From the NCBI GenBank assembly GCA_963810095.1, contig CAWEMM010000009.1, positions 448,001-512,000 on the forward strand: a DNA stretch of 64,000 nt, read 5' to 3'. Each line of letters opens with the position of its first letter. The first letter of the stretch is position 1. This document shows, piece by piece, positions 39,782-48,873 of the stretch. Origin of the DNA: an uncultured Chloroflexia bacterium. GTDB taxonomy: Bacteria > Chloroflexota > Anaerolineae > CG2-30-64-16. Below the pieces are notes generated by a model. It was not told where the DNA came from. It saw only the letters and a program-made list of their open reading frames with translations, and did no database searches. The position numbers and the translations under genes were made by a program.

Positions 39782-40017
39782 GCGATCCCTTACGACAGAC
39801 CGAACTGGTCGCAAAATCGTAAGGACGCGCTGTGTACGTAAGGGCGAGCTGAAGCTGGCCCTAGGCTCGACCCCATTTTGCGATTGACCTGGCAGAGCGC
39901 AGGGTCACAAAGCGAGCTCGGTTCAAATTGCTGTCTGCATCACGCTTGCCCCGAAGACACCGGTAGCTGGGCTGCCGGCCGTCGGTCTCGATCGGCAAGC
40001 GTCATTTTGCCATCAAT

Positions 40018-40040
40018 ACTCCTACTAACTCCCTAGGAGT
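40018..40040. promoter_or_regulatory. Candidate Rrf2 operator, copy 2
   Basis: Perfect inverted repeat ACTCCTA-N9-TAGGAGT just before the RBS of the pstS-like gene. Confidence 0.65.
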
Positions 40041-40064
40041 CATAGAAGAAGGAGGAACTCCGCT

Positions 40065-41045
40065 ATGTCCCGCCGCTCCAGAGTCACTTCTTTCGTCGCT
40101 TGCCTTGCCACCATCGCGGTGCTTGTACCGCTGCTGGCGGGGTGTGCGAGCCAACAAGTCGCGTCGCAGCAGGCGAAACTCAACGGCACGATCACGGTGT
40201 CGGGGGCCTTCGCGCTGTACCCGATGGTCGTCATGTGGGGTGACGAGTTCAGCAAGCTCCATCCCGACGTCAACTTTGACATTTCCGCCGGAGGGGCAGG
40301 CAAGGGGTTGTCCGATGCGCTGGCCGGCGCGGCGGACGTCGGCATGGTGTCGCGCGCCGTGACGAAAGAGGAAGAGGCCAAGGGCGCGTGGTGGGTCGGC
40401 GTGACCAAGGACGCGGTGTTCCCGGTGGTCAACGCCGCTAACCCCGTCCTCAAGGAGCTGATGGCAAAAGGTCTGACCAAGGAACAGCTCGCCGACGTGT
40501 TCATCACCGAGAAGGTCAAGACCTGGGGCGAGCTCGTGGGCCGGCCAGAAGTGACCGACAAGATCGACGTATTCACGCGCTCGGATTCGGCCGGCGCGGC
40601 CGAGGCCTGGGCCAAGTTCCTGGGCGACAAGAAGCAGGAAGACCTCAAGGGCATCGGCGTGCAGGCCGACCCGGGCCTGCTGGACGCCGTGGTCAAGGAC
40701 AAGAACGGCATCGGTTACAACAACCTGGCGTATGCGTATGACGCCAGCAGCGACAAACCGGTCGCGGGCGCGATGGTCGTTCCGATCGATGTTAACGGAG
40801 ACGGCACCGCGAGCGCTGAGGAGCTTCTCGAGACCAAGCGGGAGGCCATGCAGGCGGTTGCCACGGGCAAGTATCCTTCGCCGCCCGCGCGTGCGCTGAA
40901 CCTGGTGACCAAGGGCCAGCCCTCGCCGTTGGTCGCGGAGTTCTTCAGGTGGGTGCTGACCGATGGGCAGAAGTTCGTCGATGCCGCAGGCTACGTGCAG
41001 TTGACGCCCGAGCAGTTGCAGGCGAGTCTGGCGAAGCTACAGTGA
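40065..41045 (+). CDS. pstS: PstS-family oxyanion ABC substrate-binding lipoprotein
   Basis: Lipobox LLAGC; SGAFALYP; GGAGKG; DVGMVSR; followed by pstCAB-like genes. Confidence 0.8.
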   Translation: MSRRSRVTSFVACLATIAVLVPLLAGCASQQVASQQAKLNGTITVSGAFALYPMVVMWGDEFSKLHPDVNFDISAGGAGKGLSDALAGAADVGMVSRAVTKEEEAKGAWWVGVTKDAVFPVVNAANPVLKELMAKGLTKEQLADVFITEKVKTWGELVGRPEVTDKIDVFTRSDSAGAAEAWAKFLGDKKQEDLKGIGVQADPGLLDAVVKDKNGIGYNNLAYAYDASSDKPVAGAMVVPIDVNGDGTASAEELLETKREAMQAVATGKYPSPPARALNLVTKGQPSPLVAEFFRWVLTDGQKFVDAAGYVQLTPEQLQASLAKLQ

Positions 41046-41059
41046 CCTTGTAAAGGGTC

Positions 41060-41097
41060 CGCTCAGCCAGGTCCCCCGCAGAGACCTGGCTGAGCGG
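41060..41097. terminator. Stem-loop after the pstS-like gene (probable mRNA stabiliser)
   Basis: cgctcagccaggtc ... gacctggctgagcg. Confidence 0.65.
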
Positions 41098-41118
41098 GCC
41101 AGCGATTAGGAGCTCACG

Positions 41119-42099
41119 GTGGAATCAACGCTTCCCCGAGCTGGGGGCGAGCCAGCGGCGCGTTCAAATGCGAGCCGCTGGCGCTACCTTAAGGACCGCA
41201 TCGCCTCGCGCATTCTTTGGCTGGTCGCCATTTTGCCGCTCGTCATCCTGGTGCTCATGGCCGCGGGGCTGGCTGCACGGACGAAACCGCTCTTGGATCA
41301 TGCCTCGTTGGGGGCGCTGCTGCTGGGCGAGACGTGGAGCCCTCAGCAGGGTCTCTTCGGCTTCCTGCCCTTCATCGTTGGCACGGTCTGGGTGACGACG
41401 GTCGCCATGATCATCGCCGTGCCGCCCACCCTGCTCATGGCGATCTACCTTGCCGAGTATGCCCGGCCCAGCACACGCACCGCCATGAAGCCAATCCTCG
41501 ACATCCTGGCGGCCATTCCGTCCGTCGTGTACGGCGTGTGGGGCATCGTGGCGGTCGTGCCGCTGGTCCAAAACTTCTTCGGTCCTGCGCTCTCGGGCGT
41601 GTTTGGCTTCATGCCTCTCTTCCAGGTCAACAACCCGACCGGCTACGGCATTCTCGCCGGCGGCATCGTGCTGGCCGTCATGGTCGCGCCCGTGATCAGC
41701 GCCATCACGTTCGAGGTCATGGACGCCGTGCCGCGCGGGCTGCGTGAGGCGACCCTGGCGCTGGGAACGACCCGTTGGCAGACGATCAAGCACGTCGTGC
41801 TGCGCAAGGCCGCGCCGGGGATCATCGCGGCGGTCGTGCTGGGGTTCTCGCGGGCGTTTGGCGAGACGATGGCGGTGCTCATGGTCGTGGGCAACGTGGC
41901 CAAAATTCCGCACTCGATCTTCGATCCCGCCTATCCCCTGACGGCGCTCATCGCGAACAACTATGGCGAGATGATGTCCGTGCCGCTGTATGATGCGGCG
42001 CTGTTGGCCGCGGCGCTGATCCTGCTGGTCGTCGTGCTGCTGTTCAACCTGGTTGCCGCGCTGATCCTGCGCCGCGTCAAGCGGAGCGTGTCGCAATGA
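41119..42099 (+). CDS. pstC: PstC-family ABC permease
   Basis: LAAIPSVVYGVWG; REATLALG; SRAFGETMAVLMV. Confidence 0.88.
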   Translation: MESTLPRAGGEPAARSNASRWRYLKDRIASRILWLVAILPLVILVLMAAGLAARTKPLLDHASLGALLLGETWSPQQGLFGFLPFIVGTVWVTTVAMIIAVPPTLLMAIYLAEYARPSTRTAMKPILDILAAIPSVVYGVWGIVAVVPLVQNFFGPALSGVFGFMPLFQVNNPTGYGILAGGIVLAVMVAPVISAITFEVMDAVPRGLREATLALGTTRWQTIKHVVLRKAAPGIIAAVVLGFSRAFGETMAVLMVVGNVAKIPHSIFDPAYPLTALIANNYGEMMSVPLYDAALLAAALILLVVVLLFNLVAALILRRVKRSVSQ

Positions 42100-42965
42100 G
42101 AAACCTGGTTTCGCGCCGGCGGATGGCATGTATCGAAGAGCGTTTCTTTCTCGGGCTGATGCTGCTCTCCTTTGTCGTGGTGGGGGGCAGCCTGCTCGTC
42201 ATCGTCGGCACGGTGCTCGTGCGCGGGCTGCCCGGGCTGACCTGGTCCATGCTGACACAGACGCCGAAGGGCGGCTTTTACATGGGCAAAGAAGGGGGAA
42301 TCCTCAACGCGATTCTGGGCTCCCTCATTCTGGCGTTTGGGGCCACGCTCGTCGCGCTTGTCCTGGCCCTGCCCATGGCCCTGTATCTCAACTCGTATGC
42401 CAGCAACAACCGGTTGAAGGCCCTCGCGCGGCTCAGTCTCGACGTTCTGTGGGGTGTGCCGTCAATCGTCTACGGCGCGGTCGCCTTCACCCTCATGTTG
42501 GTGATCGGCATGCGTGCGTCGTTGCTGGCCGGGATTGTTGCGATCGCGCTTGTCGAGCTGCCGATCCTCGTGCGTGCGGTGGACGAGGTGATGAAGCTCA
42601 TCCCGCACGAGCTGTCTGAGTCCGCACTGGCGCTTGGCGCGACCCGCACGGAGGTCGCCTTTGGCGTCATCGTGCGCCAGGCGCTGCCCGGCATCGTGAC
42701 GGGGATTTTACTGGCGTTCGGGCGGGGCATCGGCGACGCGGCCGCGGTGCTCTTCACGGCCGGCTACACGGACCGGCTGCCCACGTCGCTCTTTCGCCCG
42801 GTGGCGACGCTGCCGCTCGCGGTCTTCTTCCAATTGGGTACGCCGTTTCCTGCCGTGCAACAGCGCGGCTACGCCTCGGCGCTGGTGCTGACCGTGATCA
42901 TCCTGGTCGTGAGCCTGGGTTCACGCTGGCTGGCCGTGCGCCTGAGCCGGAATGTGATCAAGTAA
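42096..42965 (+). CDS. pstA: PstA-family ABC permease
   Basis: GGILNAILGS; GVPSIVYG; ESALALGAT; GRGIGDAA. Confidence 0.88.
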   Translation: MRNLVSRRRMACIEERFFLGLMLLSFVVVGGSLLVIVGTVLVRGLPGLTWSMLTQTPKGGFYMGKEGGILNAILGSLILAFGATLVALVLALPMALYLNSYASNNRLKALARLSLDVLWGVPSIVYGAVAFTLMLVIGMRASLLAGIVAIALVELPILVRAVDEVMKLIPHELSESALALGATRTEVAFGVIVRQALPGIVTGILLAFGRGIGDAAAVLFTAGYTDRLPTSLFRPVATLPLAVFFQLGTPFPAVQQRGYASALVLTVIILVVSLGSRWLAVRLSRNVIK

Positions 42966-42976
42966 GCCGCGGACGG

Positions 42977-43060
42977 CGCCGTAAAGAGGCGACGACACAA
43001 AGCTTCACACGGCCCGGATTCCGTGCTTTGTGAGCTTTGCGCCTTGGTGTCTTTGTGGTG
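42977..43060. repeat. CACAAAG periodic inverted repeat (degenerate)
   Basis: gacacaaagc ... gctttgtgagctttgcgccttggtgtctttgtggtg. Confidence 0.65.
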
Positions 43061-43084
43061 TCAGGTAGCCGTTAGAGGAAGCCA

Positions 43085-43837
43085 ATGGAAGCACACATTA
43101 GGGTCGAGCATCTCGGCGTGCAGTATCGCACGTTCCAGGCGCTGAAGGACGTCAACGCGGAGATCCCGCGCAACAAGATCACCGTCATCATGGGACCGTC
43201 GGGCTGCGGCAAGACGACGCTGCTCAAGAGCATGAACCGTCTGCTCGACTTGACTGAAGGCGCGCAGATCACCGGCCGGGTGTTGCTCGACGGCGAAGAC
43301 GTCTACGCACCGTCGGTGGACGTGGGCGAAGTGCGCAAGCGGGCCGGGCTGCTTGCGCAGCGGCCCTTCCCCCTGCCCATGTCGATTTACGACAACGTCG
43401 CGTACGGGCGGCGGATTCACGGCATCCGCGATGGACGTAAGGACGGTGAGGCGGTCCAACACTATCTCGAGTTGGCAGGGCTGTGGAGCGAGGTGAAGGA
43501 TCGTCTCCACACACCGGCTACCCGGCTTTCGATTGGCCAACAGCAGCGGCTGTGCCTGGCGCGCGGGCTGGCGGTCGAGCCGGAAGTAATCCTGGGCGAC
43601 GAGCCCACGTCCGCGCTGGACCCGATTTCTGCACAGCACATCGAGAGCCGGCTGCTCGAACTGAAGGAGAAATACACGGTGGTGTTGGTCACGCACGTGT
43701 TGCGCCAGGCGCGCCGGCTGGCCGACCATGTGATCTTTATGTACCTGGGGGAGCTGGTCGAGGCGGGGCCGGCGGAGGAAGTGTTCAACCGGCCGAGAGA
43801 GGAACGGACCCGGGCCTATTTGAACGGTGCGTTCTAG
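43085..43837 (+). CDS. pstB: PstB-family ABC ATP-binding protein
   Basis: GPSGCGKT; [13 protein letters not shown]; DEPTSALDP; VTH. Confidence 0.9.
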   Translation: MEAHIRVEHLGVQYRTFQALKDVNAEIPRNKITVIMGPSGCGKTTLLKSMNRLLDLTEGAQITGRVLLDGEDVYAPSVDVGEVRKRAGLLAQRPFPLPMSIYDNVAYGRRIHGIRDGRKDGEAVQHYLELAGLWSEVKDRLHTPATRLSIGQQQRLCLARGLAVEPEVILGDEPTSALDPISAQHIESRLLELKEKYTVVLVTHVLRQARRLADHVIFMYLGELVEAGPAEEVFNRPREERTRAYLNGAF

Positions 43838-43845
43838 GGGGATGC

Positions 43846-43894
43846 AGCATGGGGCGCGCCCACCGGCCAGCGGCCGGCGGGCGCGCCCCATGCT
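43846..43894. repeat. Palindromic hairpin (CATGGGGCGCG family) between convergent genes
   Basis: agcatggggcgcgcccaccggcc-agc-ggccggcgggcgcgccccatgct. Confidence 0.85.
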
Positions 43895-43905
43895 CCGCGA
43901 GCGAA

Positions 43906-46620
43906 CTACTGCCCCTTTGTCAGCGCATAACCGAATACGCCCGTGCGGTTGGAGAGTGCTGACGGCGAAGTATTCACCGCCGTGACCGCGTAGTAATATG
44001 ACCCCGCGCTACCTCGGGCCTGCAGGTCCGCAAAGCTCGTCCCCAACACATTCGCATACGGCACGTCGCTCGCCGTATTTGGCGTGAAGTAGGGCGCCGT
44101 AGCGCTCCGCCAGACATCGTAGTGGTCCACCACCGCGGCTTTTCCGTTCACGTCCAGCGTAACCGCGCTCCACGTCAGGTTCGCGTCCGCGCCACTCGCC
44201 GCGATTGCGACCACCGGCGCTTTCGGGGCGGTCAGTGCGCTAGTGCGCTGCACTTCCACCATGTGAATCCACTCGTTGCCGTCGCTCGCCGTCCCATCCC
44301 GGCTGTCGATGTAGAAGTCCGCGCCCCCCGTCAGCCGGCCGCCGAACCTGCCATCCGTTACCGTGAAAGTGGCGGTCTTCAGCGTCTTTGTCCCCGCCTT
44401 AACGATCGTTCCGGCCGTCTTCTCGCCCGAGGCCGAGTCGTACTTCAGCGACCACTTGTCCGTCCCGAGGTCGAAGTAGTTGACGGTGATGGTAGCTGCG
44501 TAAGTGTCCGAGCCGGGGATATAGCCGTCGTCGATGAGGAAGAACATGTACGGGTTGCCCGTGGACTGGTCTGTCCGGCGCACCGTGTACGCTTCCTTGC
44601 CTTCGCCCGTGTAGTTCTTCAGCGCCGTCACATCGTACCACTTGCTGTAGTCGTTGGGATCCTGGCCAACGAGCGGAGGCAGGTCGGGGTTGTAGGGCTG
44701 CGGGAAGCACGGGTAGTTCGGCCCGAACAAGTCTTCCCGGTAGGACCCTGTCGGGCAGTTGCCCAGGCCGGCTTTCCCCGCAGCGTTATTCAGATTCACG
44801 GGGTCTCGGGCATAGCGGCTGTCCACGCTCTTGTCGTTCGTCTCGGCGACGGTCTTCCCGCCTGTGATCGAGTCGACCTGCTTGAGATAGAAGTCGAAGT
44901 TGCCCAGGTCGGGCGACACGGTCCCGCTCGCGATGTACGACACCCCGCCCGTGCGGCAGTTCATGAAGGTTGGGTTGCGGTGCTCGCGCATCAGCACCCA
45001 GACCTTCGGCGTCGTCTCGGGCGTCTTGCCGAAGTAGGGCTTGGCCCAGATAAAGTTGTCCTTGTCACCCTGCGCCTGAAGGATCGGCTGGTCGGCCCGC
45101 TGGTAGTCGACCTTCTTATCCAGCGCGTTCGCCAGCCCCATGAACGAGAGCGCGGGGTTGCACAGGTCGGTGTCGTACGCCTCCATGGAGAAAGGCGCCT
45201 GGCCGAGGAACTCCGCCAGCGGGTCGAACATCCCCGTGCCGTCGTTCTTGAACGCTTCGCGCTGGTCTGACGAAAGCATGTTCGCGGACAGCCCCACCTT
45301 GCGCGCACCGGCGTAGTCGGTGGTGTCCTCGCGCTCCTGCACGCTCTTGTAGGTCGGCGCATATTGGAGCAAAACGCTGCGCCCCGGCGGCTGGCCGGGC
45401 ACCGAGTTGAACGCGTCGGCGTGCGCCTGGGTCACCTTGTTGGCGTAGTCAATCCAGCCCTGTGAGGTCAGGCCGGCATTCGACACGACAAAGTCGAAGT
45501 TGTCCGTCGTCGGCTGGTTCTCGCCGTAGACCCCGGTGCCGAACGAGAGGTACTGGAGGTCCGGGTTCGCCTTATAGCGTGCGCCAAAGGCCTGGATGAA
45601 GCGGACGTACGGATCCGAGAAGGAGGCGTTCTGATACTTAGGCACGAGGTGACGCACCGAAACCTGCACGTTGTCGACGTAGAAGGTGGTGACGTTCGAG
45701 GCGTTCGTCGCCACCCTGAACGCGACCCGCACCTTCTTCTCCGGCGCGAAGTTGCTCACGTCGAACGTGTACGTCTTCCAGGTCTTGCTCGTGTGGCCGA
45801 GGTTCGTGATATCCAGCTGTGTGCCGCCGAGCTTGTTATTGCCCGTGTCCCACAGTTCCATGTAGAGGTGATCGTTCGCAGCGGCATCCGCGGTGTCGAT
45901 GTACACGTCCGCTTTGATGGTCACCCGCTGTGTCCCGTCGAGGCTGGCGGGCATTGCGGGAATGCGCTCTTCATAGTGGTAGATCGTGCCCGCGGCGTTA
46001 TTCACACCTCCGAGCACCGCAGCATAGTTCGTGCCGCTATCCGGTCCGTCGCCCACCGAGACATTGCCCGACTTCGTCCACAGGTATGCGTGGTCGCTGG
46101 AGTTGTCGAAGCCCGCGTTGTAGCGCGAGGGTTTCCAGTAGTTGATGTAGTTTGGCGTCGGGTCGGTTGCCGAGTTATTGGCCGGCGCCACCGTGTCGTT
46201 GCCCTTGATAACATAGTCCGGCGTTGGCCGGATGTCGCCCGAGTCGCTCCCGTCGTAGACGCTCGTCATCACGCCGAGCTTCAGCCCTGCCTTTTTGGCA
46301 TCCGTAATGCGCTGATCGAGCAGCGTCCAGTCGTAGACGCCGTCGGCCGGGTTAAGCTCGCTCCAGCGCAAGGCGCGCATGGCTCCGTCGATTGGGTAGG
46401 TAGATGGGCTGAGCATCGGGTTCGTGCCGTAGTCGATATAGAAGACGCCACCCTGGGGGTTGAGCGGCGCGGTGATGCGGTCAGGTTCAACCCCGGCGTT
46501 GGGCGGTGCAGTTGTGCCTTCTTGCGCTCGCATGGGAATGGCGGCGGCAGCGAGCAGCAGGCCGGCAAGCGCCAGCGCGGCAAGCAGGGTCTTTCCGCGA
46601 GCATGAAAGGGGCGGATCAC
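43906..46620 (-). CDS. Large secreted multidomain protein with GH42/clan GH-A-like barrel motifs
   Basis: AGGAG RBS; signal peptide ending MRA-Q; WSELNPADGVYDW; YGENQP; beta-rich modules; Fn3-like C-terminus. Confidence 0.7.
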   Translation of the reverse strand: MIRPFHARGKTLLAALALAGLLLAAAAIPMRAQEGTTAPPNAGVEPDRITAPLNPQGGVFYIDYGTNPMLSPSTYPIDGAMRALRWSELNPADGVYDWTLLDQRITDAKKAGLKLGVMTSVYDGSDSGDIRPTPDYVIKGNDTVAPANNSATDPTPNYINYWKPSRYNAGFDNSSDHAYLWTKSGNVSVGDGPDSGTNYAAVLGGVNNAAGTIYHYEERIPAMPASLDGTQRVTIKADVYIDTADAAANDHLYMELWDTGNNKLGGTQLDITNLGHTSKTWKTYTFDVSNFAPEKKVRVAFRVATNASNVTTFYVDNVQVSVRHLVPKYQNASFSDPYVRFIQAFGARYKANPDLQYLSFGTGVYGENQPTTDNFDFVVSNAGLTSQGWIDYANKVTQAHADAFNSVPGQPPGRSVLLQYAPTYKSVQEREDTTDYAGARKVGLSANMLSSDQREAFKNDGTGMFDPLAEFLGQAPFSMEAYDTDLCNPALSFMGLANALDKKVDYQRADQPILQAQGDKDNFIWAKPYFGKTPETTPKVWVLMREHRNPTFMNCRTGGVSYIASGTVSPDLGNFDFYLKQVDSITGGKTVAETNDKSVDSRYARDPVNLNNAAGKAGLGNCPTGSYREDLFGPNYPCFPQPYNPDLPPLVGQDPNDYSKWYDVTALKNYTGEGKEAYTVRRTDQSTGNPYMFFLIDDGYIPGSDTYAATITVNYFDLGTDKWSLKYDSASGEKTAGTIVKAGTKTLKTATFTVTDGRFGGRLTGGADFYIDSRDGTASDGNEWIHMVEVQRTSALTAPKAPVVAIAASGADANLTWSAVTLDVNGKAAVVDHYDVWRSATAPYFTPNTASDVPYANVLGTSFADLQARGSAGSYYYAVTAVNTSPSALSNRTGVFGYALTKGQ

Positions 46621-46835
46621 ATGATGCTCCTGTAGATGTCTTGAGGTTCTGAGTCGAGCGGCAGCGAAGCGGCGGTCAGCGTAAGGGCGCTGGGCCTTGA
46701 GGAGGAACGCCGCGCAGCAAGACACACAGCGATGGCCGTGCCTAACGAAACAAACGAAGAAGACCGGCCGCAGTTACGGCCGGTTTGATGTAGGCCGGCC
46801 GTAGGGCGGAAGGGTTGCCTCGGGGCCGTTCCTGC

Positions 46836-48758
46836 CTATCCGATTGCCGTTACGCGCACCATGTCGAATGCGGCGCTCGCCCACGATGCGGCGAGGCCGA
46901 CGTGAGTTCCTGCCCGCGGCAGCGGCAGCTCGCCAAGGTGTTGCCCTTCGAGCGCGACTGCGACTCCCAAGTGGGTCACCCGCAGCCGCCACTGATGCCA
47001 TTGCATCACGCCGAAACCTTCCGGCAGGCGCCACGCCGTTTCGTTGCCTGTGTCGCCGTCGCCTGCAACGAGTTTCCAGCCGGCCTCGGTCCGCTCCAGC
47101 GCCAGCAGCGGCCCGGCATGGTCGGCCGACAGCGCCGGCGAAATGCCATACCCCCCGCCGGCCTCGGCATCGAGCAGCCGGACGTCGACAACCAGTTCAT
47201 ACTGCTCGGCAGGGACCATTTTGGCGATCATCGCGCTGTCGCGGGGCTTCGCCGGCGAGAGCAGTAGCCCGCCGCCCACGCTCCAGTCCGCGTCGCCCTC
47301 CCAATCCAGTTCCCCAGCGGCTTTCTCGGGACCGTCGAAGAGCTCCTCCCAGCCGAGCGTGATCTCCGGCGCTGCGAACGCGGCGCTCGTACCGTCGGTA
47401 TATAGCGCGACGTCGAAGGGCTCAAACGGCAGCTTGAGGCGCCAGCGGGAGGCCAGGTTGTCGAGCATGACCGCGACCCGGGAACCGTCGACCTCCAGCC
47501 GCAGCAGGTGGTCGACCGTCGGGTCGAAACCGGCCGGCAGCGGGTAGGCGCGCTGCGCCCCGCGCACGGCGATAACTAACGCCCGTTCGGCCGGCCAGAT
47601 TCCGAGCTGCGCCGACCGCTTCCGCTCCCCGATCAAGAGGACACCGTACGACCCGGTCGCAGGCGGATCTGCACGGAGGGTGACTTCGAATGTGAACTGG
47701 GGCGCAGGCAACTCCCAGCGCGCCTCGCTGCGCTGGCGCGGTAGGGTTTGCCGTGCCTCGTTCCCGTGGACCTGCCACTTGCCGCCCGTCATGTGGGCGT
47801 CGAAGCCGCTCACGGTGGGCGCGTTGGGCGCGGGCTGGGGGGTGTGGCTCGGCCCGAGCACGAGCAGGCGGTCGCCGGCCCAGTCAAGCGGGTCGATGGA
47901 AAGGACGCGGGAGTCGTCTACCCAGCGATGGTAGACGCAGTAGAGCTGCCTGTTGTCTGGCCCACGCACCACTGAGTTGTGTCCCGGCCCGGTGACGAAG
48001 CCGGGCAGCGTTCGGATGACCAAGGGCGCGTCCAGCCCGTCGCACGGCTGATCCCACTCCTCCTCGCACAACACCTGATGGCTCGTCGCGTACCCCACGC
48101 CGTACGACTGATTCGTCCAGTTGCCGCCGCTGAACATCTGGTAATAGACCCCCTTGCGCTTGAGCACGAAAGAGCCTTCAATCGTGTGCCACTTGACCCC
48201 ACCCTTGGAGGCGCGCGCCGGATCGAACACTTGCCACTCGTATGCCGCCCGCGAAACCGGACGGGGTTCGCCGGCCAGGGTGAACGGATCGACCATCCGG
48301 TCGACTACCGTGCCCGTGCCCACCCGCGTGTACTCGAGGAAGTCCGTGGCATAAAACATGTACATCTGGCCGTCTTCGTCGACGAAAACATGCGCGTCGA
48401 TGGCGAAGTCCTCTTTGGTGAGCCGTACGCCCTTGTCGATGTAGGGGCCGCCGGGATTGCGCGAAGTCGCAACTCGGAGTTGCATTAGCGTTTCGTTCCC
48501 CACGCTGTAGTAGAGGTAAAAGACGCCGTTGAGGTAGGTGATCTCGGGTGCCCAGTAGTAGGGATGCTCCTCTGCCAGCGGCTCGAGCGCGCCGCCCATC
48601 ACATGCCAATGAACCAGGTCGGCCGAACGAAGCATTTCGAACTTACGTTGATGGGGGAGGCAGTTGCTGCTGATGCACCAATACTCGCCGCGGTGCTTGA
48701 ATACGAACGGATCCGGGGCGGATCGCTTTAGTACGGGATTCAGATACGTCTCAGTCAT
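46836..48758 (-). CDS. GH43 glycoside hydrolase with C-terminal beta-sandwich domains
   Basis: APDPFV, WAPE, AIDAH, IEG, GPGHNS. Confidence 0.9.
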   Translation of the reverse strand: MTETYLNPVLKRSAPDPFVFKHRGEYWCISSNCLPHQRKFEMLRSADLVHWHVMGGALEPLAEEHPYYWAPEITYLNGVFYLYYSVGNETLMQLRVATSRNPGGPYIDKGVRLTKEDFAIDAHVFVDEDGQMYMFYATDFLEYTRVGTGTVVDRMVDPFTLAGEPRPVSRAAYEWQVFDPARASKGGVKWHTIEGSFVLKRKGVYYQMFSGGNWTNQSYGVGYATSHQVLCEEEWDQPCDGLDAPLVIRTLPGFVTGPGHNSVVRGPDNRQLYCVYHRWVDDSRVLSIDPLDWAGDRLLVLGPSHTPQPAPNAPTVSGFDAHMTGGKWQVHGNEARQTLPRQRSEARWELPAPQFTFEVTLRADPPATGSYGVLLIGERKRSAQLGIWPAERALVIAVRGAQRAYPLPAGFDPTVDHLLRLEVDGSRVAVMLDNLASRWRLKLPFEPFDVALYTDGTSAAFAAPEITLGWEELFDGPEKAAGELDWEGDADWSVGGGLLLSPAKPRDSAMIAKMVPAEQYELVVDVRLLDAEAGGGYGISPALSADHAGPLLALERTEAGWKLVAGDGDTGNETAWRLPEGFGVMQWHQWRLRVTHLGVAVALEGQHLGELPLPRAGTHVGLAASWASAAFDMVRVTAIG

Positions 48759-48795
48759 CAGGCTCTCTCTTCCGTGGACTCGTCATGCTAGTAAA

Positions 48796-48852
48796 CACAA
48801 AGGCACAAAGACACGAAGTTGTCACGGTTCCCTTTGTGTCTTTGTGCCTTTG
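48796..48852. repeat. CACAAAG periodic inverted repeat
   Basis: cacaaaggcacaaagacacgaag ... ctttgtgtctttgtgcctttg. Confidence 0.8.
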
Positions 48853-48873
48853 GAGTCGGGATGCGAGCCCCGG

